Source of the DNA: Cyanophyceae cyanobacterium
GTDB lineage: Bacteria > Cyanobacteriota > Cyanobacteriia > Cyanobacteriales > Laspinemataceae
Assembly (NCBI GenBank): GCA_038321985.1
Contig: JBBQFN010000003.1
Coordinates: forward strand, 128,001-192,000
DNA length: 64,000 bases
Direction of reading: 5' to 3'
Shown here: positions 1 to 7,572 of the stretch, piece after piece
Layout: every line of letters starts with the position of its first letter
How positions within the stretch are numbered: the stretch's first letter is position 1
The notes under the pieces: generated by a model
Seen by the model: only the letters and a program-made list of their open reading frames with translations
Database searches by the model: none
What the model was told of the DNA's origin: nothing
Made by a program: the position numbers and the translations under genes

Positions 1-39
1 TATTTATCCCAGTATTCCCTCTCCTGCTGTACTCACATT

Positions 40-1503
40 CTAAAACTGGGAACGATAGTGAGAGAGTTCTCGCCTTGCCTCCTCTGCCATGTGACGACGG
101 AGAGGCATAGGTAAAATCACTTCCCCATTAGGTCGCCAAGAGCGTAAGCGCATTCGCACATTAATATCCCCCTCCCGAATCCAAGCTCGATAATAAGCAT
201 CAGCCTGACTTCGGTTGGCTAACACTTCTAATGCCGCAGTGCGATCGCCCTCATCCTGTACCTGCCGTTTCACTAACTCCCCTACAGCGTCATACTCCAC
301 CGGCTCAAACGTCCCATGACGCACCGTCCCCTCCACATAGCGACGGGCAAAATCCCGGGGAAAGCGCAATAACAGCAACTTACGTGGCAAATAAAAATTA
401 AAACCCCAAGCAGACTCTAACTCCGCCTCCACTTCTTCCGACATCGGTAAATCCCCCTGCCGTCGCATCTCCCGCAACTCCTTGGGAATCTGGGGGTCAC
501 CCCAAGCTAACACTGTAAGTTGGGGGGAAGTGATCCGGTCTAAGCGATAATTGTGCCAACCCATCTCCCCCTCGGGTGTTTCTCCCCAAGCACTGAGATA
601 CTTAGCGCGGCGCACATAATGTAAGCAAACCGGATAAGTCGTGAATCGCACAATTCCACCTTGGGCCAACTCATAGTCAAACTGTACCACTCCCGAAGAG
701 GAAGTGCGCCACAGTTGTTCCAGTTGGTCCTGATAGGTATCTACCTGTTCTTGCACCTCGGGAGAGAGGATGTAATCCAGGTGGATGAAAATCCGCCGTT
801 GTCCTGGGTTGTCGAAATATTCTGCTGGGTCTCCATCGGAGGTGACTTGTTCCCATAAGGATTGGATCAGCACTTCTAAATTGGGCTGAATGAAGGCAAT
901 ATCTTCCAGTAACGGCAACAATTCCCGGACTTGGGAGACGGGTAACAAAGCTGCATCAGGTTGCGGGGCGATCGCCCGTTGTAAACCAGGTAGACTCGGC
1001 AACCCTTCCACCGAGATACAGCGATATTTCCCTCGGGATACAGACTCCAACCAGCCGAGTTCCGCCAGTTGCTTCAAATCATCGCGAATCGAACGGTGCA
1101 CCGTGGTAAACGGCGCTTGTTGCATCATGACCTCTAGTTCCTCCGGTGCCAACCCACTCAAGTGGATGACATCCGGCATCCAAGACTCCGGGGACTGTTC
1201 GGCAGTTAACAGCAATTCGGTGACACTTCGGTGGCAAATACAACCGCCATCGGTGCATTGGTATTCCAACTGTTCCGCCGTCAATAGGTCACTTTTGCCA
1301 TGAGTCGGAGCAAACAGGCGATCGCGCAGGTGGGGATAACCAAAGGGCTGAGGCAACTCCATCGCCCAAGGGGACCTCTCCCCATACAGCTTGGTCAATA
1401 GGACCCACAACCGCAGCGATCGCAACAACCGATTCCCAAGCTGGCCCCCCGCGAACCACTGCAAAATATCCGGACTGGGGGGATAAGTAAAACGACTGCT
1501 CAT
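40..1503 (-). CDS. CRISPR-associated WYL-domain transcriptional regulator (TIGR03985-like)
   Basis: 487 aa; N-terminal HTH-like 'RSIRDDLKQLAELGWL'; WYL-type core 'YPVCLHYVRRAKYLSAWG...WHNYRLDRI'; divergent from the cas operon. Confidence 0.85.
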   Translation of the reverse strand: MSSRFTYPPSPDILQWFAGGQLGNRLLRSLRLWVLLTKLYGERSPWAMELPQPFGYPHLRDRLFAPTHGKSDLLTAEQLEYQCTDGGCICHRSVTELLLTAEQSPESWMPDVIHLSGLAPEELEVMMQQAPFTTVHRSIRDDLKQLAELGWLESVSRGKYRCISVEGLPSLPGLQRAIAPQPDAALLPVSQVRELLPLLEDIAFIQPNLEVLIQSLWEQVTSDGDPAEYFDNPGQRRIFIHLDYILSPEVQEQVDTYQDQLEQLWRTSSSGVVQFDYELAQGGIVRFTTYPVCLHYVRRAKYLSAWGETPEGEMGWHNYRLDRITSPQLTVLAWGDPQIPKELREMRRQGDLPMSEEVEAELESAWGFNFYLPRKLLLLRFPRDFARRYVEGTVRHGTFEPVEYDAVGELVKRQVQDEGDRTAALEVLANRSQADAYYRAWIREGDINVRMRLRSWRPNGEVILPMPLRRHMAEEARRELSHYRSQF

Positions 1504-1610
1504 TTATAGAAGACCCATTACCCATACGGAGGCTACACTACCACAGCATTATTCAATATTTACGGGGGATGGGCGGGAGACGTCGTGGCAGCATAGGTAG
1601 AAAAATTATT

Positions 1611-1655
1611 GTCAAATGCTTATTGAAGGTCCTGGACCTCCAATAAGCATTTGAC
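1611..1655 (-). terminator. 45-bp near-perfect inverted repeat; probable terminator of the mini-array transcript (or an operator)
   Basis: GTCAAATGCTTATTG-a-AGGTCC-t-GGACCT-c-CAATAAGCATTTGAC; followed on the minus strand by AATAATTTTT. Confidence 0.65.
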
Positions 1656-1662
1656 TGATTCA

Positions 1663-1773
1663 GTTTTGAGTCCCCTTGCGGGGAAGGTGTTGAAAATTGA
1701 AACTGATTTAAGGATTCGACTAACCGAAGAAAGCGAGTTTCAATCCCCTTGCGGGCGGAGTTTTCTAGCTTTA
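1663..1773 (-). CRISPR. Single-spacer CRISPR mini-array (crRNA-like regulatory RNA) with two degenerate repeats
   Basis: Minus strand: ...CCGCCCGCAAGGGGATTGAAAC (1737-~1773), 33-nt spacer (1704-1736), GTTTCAATTTTCAACACCTTCCCCGCAAGGGGACTCAAAAC (1663-1703); both repeats share the CCCGCAAGGGGA hairpin core of the main array repeat. Confidence 0.8.
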
Positions 1774-1789
1774 TCAAGTTTTCATAAAT

Positions 1790-1818
1790 ATTATAGAGCT
1801 TTTTCTTCCATAAGTCAA
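1790..1818 (-). promoter_or_regulatory. sigma70-type promoter driving the mini-array
   Basis: Minus strand TTGACT (1813-1818) - 17 nt - TATAAT (1790-1795); predicted start ~1783, just upstream of the first mini-repeat. Confidence 0.75.
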
Positions 1819-1906
1819 GGGGGATGGGCTAGAATATGAGAATTATTAATTATGAGGTATCTGATGAAAAGACGAGATAAGCCCCACCCCCCCTAAGCTC
1901 CCCAAC

Positions 1907-1941
1907 TGATTTAAGTATTCCTGGTAACCGAAGATTAGCGA
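1907..1941 (+). promoter_or_regulatory. Target site of the mini-array spacer in the leader of the 1965 ORF
   Basis: TGATTTAAGtATTCctggTAACCGAAGAttAGCGA vs spacer TGATTTAAGgATTCgacTAACCGAAGAaAGCGA; 28/33 identities with two 1-nt bulges. Confidence 0.75.
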
Positions 1942-1964
1942 ATTTACAAGAGAAGAACGAACAA

Positions 1965-2339
1965 ATGACCTACATAGATTTTCACTTCCCGACTTTCCCT
2001 CTCCAGCCCAATAGCTTGAATGGCTTTCTGCTGAGTCATTCCACTACGGAGTATCAACTTGCCTTACCGATAGTTGTCCCTCCGTTTAACCTGTCCTATA
2101 CCTTCTTAAGTGAGCCGGGTAAACAAATTGATACGGGGTTGCTAATGAGCCTCCCTTCGGAACAAGCACAGGTATTACCCGATAGTCAGTGGTCTCGTAG
2201 CACTGAACAAGCCCACGTACTTGTCCAAATTTTGACTCGTCTAATCGATGCGTTCATTCCAAAGTTAAACGTTTTCTTTGAGTTAAAGAAGCACAAAGAT
2301 AACAGTTTTGAGTTGCGCTTCAACGCCGCATCTAAATAG
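1965..2339 (+). CDS. Hypothetical 124-aa orphan protein (candidate crRNA-repressed toxin/effector)
   Basis: ATG-started ORF with no recognisable motif; starts 23 nt downstream of the mini-array target. Confidence 0.55.
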   Translation: MTYIDFHFPTFPLQPNSLNGFLLSHSTTEYQLALPIVVPPFNLSYTFLSEPGKQIDTGLLMSLPSEQAQVLPDSQWSRSTEQAHVLVQILTRLIDAFIPKLNVFFELKKHKDNSFELRFNAASK

Positions 2340-2657
2340 ATCCCCTCTAAAAAGTTTTGGTTATGCCTCTGGCGAGACTTCGCCCAGTGGCGTAATCAAA
2401 ACTTTTCATGCTTCAGCTTTTAACTGAGTAATAGGGATGTACTGGCAGACTGATAATCGAGTTTTTATGCTCGATTAACAATAAGCTGTATCAGTGTGTC
2501 CAAAATGGGGAAAGCCTAATTTATGGATTTCCCCTTTCTCTATATAGGGATATAGGGGATCTAAAGAATTTGGAGCATTTTTGGGCTACGTCTTGCAGCA
2601 GGACGACTGATTTTGACTAGCTATAACAGTAAAAATCAGGCGATCTCGTAATATCGC
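2337..2657 (+). ncRNA. Candidate structured RNA (multibranch, several long hairpins)
   Basis: Stems 2337-2346/2554-2563, 2350-2359/2397-2406, 2454-2461/2470-2477, 2507-2513/2528-2534, 2607-2614/2632-2639; G-U-compatible extensions favour the + strand. Confidence 0.5.
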
Positions 2658-2707
2658 TCACTTGGTTGCCAGCACATGACTCACCTAACTCCTGCACCTA
2701 TAACTAC

Positions 2708-2853
2708 CCTAAAACTATGTCAACAGAACCCACAACCGATTCCCAAGCTGGCCCCCCGCCAACCACTGCAAAATATCCGGACTGGGTGGATAAGTAAAAC
2801 GACTGCTCATTTATGGAAGACCCCTCTTCAATATCCATGCTATAGTAACACAG
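2708..2853 (-). pseudogene. Duplicated 5' fragment of the WYL gene plus its upstream region
   Basis: 2732-2810 is 77/79 identical to 1425-1503; reads MSSRFTYPPSPDILQWLAGGQLGNRLWVLLT* (18-nt deletion, then stop). Confidence 0.85.
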
Positions 2854-2875
2854 AGTCCAAATTCAGGAAAACCCC

Positions 2876-3778
2876 ATGAAAGAAACCGGCATCCACCTGG
2901 AAATCAGTCAGCGGAAAACTCCCAGTGGGTTGAAATATCAACAGCTAACCATCGAATTAACCCGCAGCGATCGCGTGATTTACCCGGGCGAACTCAGCAG
3001 CTTAGAGTTACCCAACGGCATCGACACCACCCAAGGCATTGTCATTAACGGACGTGCTCCCATCTGGCTGTATGGCTACTTAATCCACGAATTACACCCA
3101 ACCGCATGGGTTGCCTGCAATGACCCGAGACTTGGTGCCGTCGTGGTTGCCACCCATTCTAAAACGGTCAAAATCGGTCAAGTGATTCCTTTAGAAGAAC
3201 GGGGAGATGGGTTAAATCCAGCCTTACTAATCGTTGGACCACCGGACAGTGGTAAAAGTGTTTTATCTCATGCTTTATTTCAATCCTTATTAGAGAGTCA
3301 GCCGAATATCTACTTACAACGGGCGAACTGGGATGGAGAAGGGAATTATGTTTTAGAACTATCCCCGGATGCTGATTCAGAGATATTTAAAGCGGCGAAT
3401 AAGGGGGGATTGACTACTGAGTTTTTTCCCTATCACGCCCAAGCTATCCTGGAACTTAGACGTAATAAAAATTTAACAATTGTGGATGTCGGAGGCATGG
3501 TACAACCAGAGAAGCAGCCGATATTAGAAGCCTGTACACATTATTTAATTATTAGTTCCAAACCCGAGGCAGTGGAACCGTGGCACGAATTTTGTCGCGA
3601 TCGGGGAAATTTAATTCCGGTTGCCGTTATTCACAGCAGTTTAGAACCATGCGAAACTATTCATCAAGAGCAACCTTATTTAGAAATCACCTGCGGTCCC
3701 TGGTTACGCGGGGATGCCTCGCGAGTTCCGGAGGTGTTATTGGAACGGGGTAAGGCATTGCTGGGTTCTTCCCTATAG
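2876..3778 (+). CDS. csx3: Csx3 (Crn3) ring nuclease fused to a P-loop NTPase domain
   Basis: Csx3 motif 'GIVINGRAPIWLYGYLIHELHPTAWVACNDPRLGAVVVATH'; Walker A 'GPPDSGKS'. Confidence 0.85.
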   Translation: MKETGIHLEISQRKTPSGLKYQQLTIELTRSDRVIYPGELSSLELPNGIDTTQGIVINGRAPIWLYGYLIHELHPTAWVACNDPRLGAVVVATHSKTVKIGQVIPLEERGDGLNPALLIVGPPDSGKSVLSHALFQSLLESQPNIYLQRANWDGEGNYVLELSPDADSEIFKAANKGGLTTEFFPYHAQAILELRRNKNLTIVDVGGMVQPEKQPILEACTHYLIISSKPEAVEPWHEFCRDRGNLIPVAVIHSSLEPCETIHQEQPYLEITCGPWLRGDASRVPEVLLERGKALLGSSL

Positions 3779-3837
3779 ATGTTAGAGAGTTTTCTCTATG
3801 ATTTTTGTTAACTGATGTTCCCTAATATTGAGTAGTT

Positions 3838-6150
3838 ATGACCTCGCTTTCTCATGCACAAGCATTATCCGTTGCCCAAGAAGCCGTTTTAATTCTAGGA
3901 CGCTGGGCCGGTGCTTCTCCGTCAATATCAACCGCAACTGCTGATTCTAAAGCGGTTACCCAAGCAAAAGATCTTTTAAAATGGCCCCAGGATAGTCGGT
4001 CCAACCTAGAAAAACAGGTTAAGCCTTTGCGCTTGTTGTTTGATGATGTTAATTTGTCAAATGGTCAAGGGTCAAAAAACCACTACTGGCCGGTTGGTTA
4101 CATTGAAGATCATGACAGTTATCCCCCTATTCCCTATCCGCAGCCCCATGCTGACGACTTAGACCCAATTAAACCTCCTATTCAACAGGCGATCGCCTGT
4201 TTACAGCCAGACGAGTGGAATAATCTCTCGTTATTGATGCTGATTTTAGAAAAATTTGGCTCATATATTAGTTTTGGAGAGCAAGATAATGTTTCGTTAC
4301 TCGATTTGACCCGAATTACGGCAGCGGTGGCGGCGGCACTGGCGAACCAACCGGATGCTAAATGTTTAACGTTGATTGCTGGCGATTTATCGGGGATTCA
4401 AAAATTTATTTACACTATTTCTTCCGATGGAGCCTTAAAATCCCTCCGTGCTCGCAGTTTTTATCTGGAACTGGTGACGCAAGAGGTGGTAGAGCAACTG
4501 TTGTCAGCATTGGATCTGCCCCGGACTAATGTGATTTATGCGGGTGGCGGTAACTTGTATTTGCTTGCGCCGGGGGATGAGGAGACAACCGTTAAAAACA
4601 CGATTGCCCAAGTCCGCGATCGCCTTAATGAATGGTTGCGAAAAACATTTCAAGGCAAAATCTTTTTAGCTCTTGACTGCTTGTCATTTTCCACCAAGGC
4701 AGTGGGAACGCCAGACTTTGCCAAAGCATGGGAAAAGGCAACCAAACAACTGGCGGGACAAAAGTCTCGGAAGTTTCAGAGTCAAATTGCTGAACTGGTT
4801 AAACCGAAACCCGCTTACGAACCTTGTCGCGTATGCCATCGCGACGATCTCCTAAGTCTGAAACCGTTAAACTATCAGGAACCAGATTCTTGTATGGCCT
4901 GTTGGATGTGTCGGACCATGTTTGACCTGGGGGCCAAATTATTTAAAGTCGAGGCGATCGCCCGTTCCAAACAGTCCACAATTAAAGAATATACCGATCG
5001 ATTGAACATTGGAGGAACCTATTACTACTTATTCCCAGAATGGACAACGGCCAAAGCTATAGCTGATGAGGAATCCACCTTATTTTTAGTCAACGATTGG
5101 ACCCTAGAGCCTTACCGCACAGGTAATACGGTCCCTCTACTCCTGGGAAATTATTACGGACAGCGCTGTCCAGAATCCAGTCTTGATAATGCTGAACACC
5201 AATTTATGAATGCCCGGGAAATGGCCGCAATAGCCAAGGGTATCAAAAGAGTGGCTTCTTTGCGGATGGATGTAGACAATTTAGGCAAGATATTTGCTAA
5301 AGGTTTAGAGGAAAATCAGACCTTACCCCGACTTGCTGGACTCTCCCGCCAAATGAGTTATTTTTTCAAGGTTTACTTAAACAGTTTGGCAAAGAATAGG
5401 CAGGATAATTTACCGGCTAAAGCTAAAAAACTGTCTACTGAGTCTCGCCCAAATCTACTCTTTATCTATGCAGGAGGTGATGATTTATTTGTGAGCGGTA
5501 CTTGGAATGAAGTCGTAGAATTTGCCTTTGATATTTATCAATCTTTTCGAGCCTATACGGGTTATAATCCCGATATTACTTTATCCGGTGGCATCAGCCT
5601 TGATGGGGCTAAATTTCCGCTCTATCAAGCGGCAGAGGCTTCTGGAAAAGCCGAAAATGCGGCTAAAAACAATGGTCGAGATAGCTTGGGTTTGTTTGAG
5701 CAAGTGTTTAAATGGGATGAATGGCTAGGCTGTACTTGCCCGACGGTGGCTGACCCAGAAGATCGCGACTATCTTAAATCGGCTGAACATCCGCCAATCC
5801 TGGGGATTTTCCCATTGATTGAGCAACTGGACAAGCAAAAAATCGAGACCAATTATGCTCGTAGCTTTGTTCGCAGCTTGCTGGCAACGGCTCAGATGCA
5901 AGAACAAATGATTAAGGAGATTGAAACTAAGCGGAGGAGTCCAATCTATAAACAGGAAATTCAGGATATCCGATACTATTTGCATTTACCGCAAATGGCA
6001 TATACCTTAGCCCGATTGCCTCAACGAGTCAGGGAGCATCCGGAATTTGCTCCGGTGCGGCAATCTCTCAACAATCCTTATAATGCGCCTTATTTTCGGG
6101 CGATCGCAACTTGGCTAGAACTGTTAAACCGAACTCAATCCAATGACTAA
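3838..6150 (+). CDS. cas10: Type III-A Cas10/Csm1 (active Palm, no HD domain seen)
   Basis: 'GDLSGIQKFIY...LRARSFYL', 'YAGGGN', Zn-ribbon CxxC...CxxC, 'MDVDNLG', 'YAGGDD'. Confidence 0.95.
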   Translation: MTSLSHAQALSVAQEAVLILGRWAGASPSISTATADSKAVTQAKDLLKWPQDSRSNLEKQVKPLRLLFDDVNLSNGQGSKNHYWPVGYIEDHDSYPPIPYPQPHADDLDPIKPPIQQAIACLQPDEWNNLSLLMLILEKFGSYISFGEQDNVSLLDLTRITAAVAAALANQPDAKCLTLIAGDLSGIQKFIYTISSDGALKSLRARSFYLELVTQEVVEQLLSALDLPRTNVIYAGGGNLYLLAPGDEETTVKNTIAQVRDRLNEWLRKTFQGKIFLALDCLSFSTKAVGTPDFAKAWEKATKQLAGQKSRKFQSQIAELVKPKPAYEPCRVCHRDDLLSLKPLNYQEPDSCMACWMCRTMFDLGAKLFKVEAIARSKQSTIKEYTDRLNIGGTYYYLFPEWTTAKAIADEESTLFLVNDWTLEPYRTGNTVPLLLGNYYGQRCPESSLDNAEHQFMNAREMAAIAKGIKRVASLRMDVDNLGKIFAKGLEENQTLPRLAGLSRQMSYFFKVYLNSLAKNRQDNLPAKAKKLSTESRPNLLFIYAGGDDLFVSGTWNEVVEFAFDIYQSFRAYTGYNPDITLSGGISLDGAKFPLYQAAEASGKAENAAKNNGRDSLGLFEQVFKWDEWLGCTCPTVADPEDRDYLKSAEHPPILGIFPLIEQLDKQKIETNYARSFVRSLLATAQMQEQMIKEIETKRRSPIYKQEIQDIRYYLHLPQMAYTLARLPQRVREHPEFAPVRQSLNNPYNAPYFRAIATWLELLNRTQSND

Positions 6151-6607
6151 CTCTGCAAAAAAACCACAACCTCCATCCAAATCTAGTTTTCAGCAACCAC
6201 AACCTCCATCAATGGACATTACCCAAGATATTATCCAAAAAATTGATGGGTTACCAGGAAACCTACAAACCTATCTGATTCGCGACTTAGTTAACCAGGC
6301 TGAAAAATTTGGCCCCTATCTCAAGCAGCAGGGCTTGAAGACGAACCAAGTGCGCAAATTTTTAGATGCAATCAACCGACTCAAATCTGTACTCGCTCAA
6401 GAAAACGACTTTTCCAAAATCGAAAATGAAGTGATACTCCTTAAACCAAAATTGGCTTATGCAGCGGCTCGCGGAAAGGCGACGAATCCGTTGAGTAAAG
6501 TCATGTCAAAAGCAATTGACAAAGTAAAGAGCAAAGAGGACTTTGAGCGATTAGTTCAGTTCATAGAATCAATTATTGCCTATCACAAAGCAGAAGGAGG
6601 AGAATAA
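6143..6607 (+). CDS. csm2: Csm2 small subunit
   Basis: 'LKTNQVRKF', 'LKPKLAYAAAR', 'FIESIIAYHK'. Confidence 0.95.
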   Translation: MTNSAKKPQPPSKSSFQQPQPPSMDITQDIIQKIDGLPGNLQTYLIRDLVNQAEKFGPYLKQQGLKTNQVRKFLDAINRLKSVLAQENDFSKIENEVILLKPKLAYAAARGKATNPLSKVMSKAIDKVKSKEDFERLVQFIESIIAYHKAEGGE

Positions 6608-6609
6608 AA

Positions 6610-7572
6610 ATGTCAGCCGCAACTGAACAAAAACCATTACTAGGTAAATTTCGTCTCACTAGCACGCTCAAAGTTGAAACTGGACTGCATATTGGTGGGG
6701 GTGGAGAAAACCTGGATATCGGTGGATTGGATAAACCTGTGATTCGTGACCCTCTGACGCAATATCCTTATTTACCGGGTTCTTCGATTAAAGGAAAATT
6801 GCGAGCCATCTTGGAACGATTGCTCAATAAACCGCTTAACAGATTCGGTGGCAGCGGAGTTTATCGCTATGAAAGCGACGATTTAGAGGATGGCTATACC
6901 GAGATTGAGGGACAGATCATTCCCTATCAAGGTGCTCGGACTTGTCCCATTAGCCGAGTATTTGGTTCCACCGGCGGTTCTAACTGCTGGGTTAAAAGTT
7001 CTATTGCAACCAGTCAAGGATTGGAAGGGAAAGGGACGGACACAATAGAAGGAGAAGAATACACTAAAATTAAAGGACGAAATGCTCCTGCTCGTTTAAT
7101 TGTCCGAGATTGCCACTTATTGCCACAATCTGCTGAACTACTCCGCAAGGTGGACACGGGTCTATATATGACGGAGTGGAAGTTTGAAAATAGTATCGAT
7201 CGCATTACGTCAGCAGCAAATCCTCGTCAGTTTGAGCGCGTCCCGGCTGGGGCTGAATTCAAGTTTGAACTCGTCTATACGGTAGAGGATGCAACACAAG
7301 CGGCAGAAGATTTGCAAAATCTCGCGATCGCCTTAGCCATTCTCGAAGATGATGCCCTCGGCGGACATGGTTCTCGCGGCTACGGCAAAATCAGTTTCCA
7401 CAACTTTGAGTTTTTCTATCGGAGTATCGAGCAATATCGACGCATTGCAGGCGGTGGTAAAGGTTCCCAGGACTTTCCGCACCCACAAAATACTCCTGAA
7501 TTATTAGAAAAATTTGACGATTTAAATAAAGAAATCCAAAAATTATTAGGAGGAGATAATTCACTATCGTGA
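6610..7572 (+). CDS. csm3: Csm3 (Cas7-family RAMP, target RNase)
   Basis: 'TGLHIGG', catalytic-Asp region 'IGGLDKPVIRD', 'PGSSIKGKLR', 'ANPRQFERV', G-loop 'LGGHGSRGYG'. Confidence 0.95.
   Translation: MSAATEQKPLLGKFRLTSTLKVETGLHIGGGGENLDIGGLDKPVIRDPLTQYPYLPGSSIKGKLRAILERLLNKPLNRFGGSGVYRYESDDLEDGYTEIEGQIIPYQGARTCPISRVFGSTGGSNCWVKSSIATSQGLEGKGTDTIEGEEYTKIKGRNAPARLIVRDCHLLPQSAELLRKVDTGLYMTEWKFENSIDRITSAANPRQFERVPAGAEFKFELVYTVEDATQAAEDLQNLAIALAILEDDALGGHGSRGYGKISFHNFEFFYRSIEQYRRIAGGGKGSQDFPHPQNTPELLEKFDDLNKEIQKLLGGDNSLS

Noticed and set aside
1553..1839. ORFs 1553-1777(-) and 1651-1839(+)
   Set aside because: They overlap the mini-array, promoter and hairpin and have no protein-like motifs
1861..1900. 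CTGATGA suggesting a hammerhead ribozyme core
   Set aside because: No stem II followed by GAAA and no compatible flanking stems
2337..2657. Structured RNA as a retron msr-msd or group II intron remnant
   Set aside because: No reverse transcriptase in the window and no domain V motif recognised; kept only as an unassigned structured RNA
2676..2879. 67-aa + strand ORF
   Set aside because: Antisense reading of the duplicated WYL fragment
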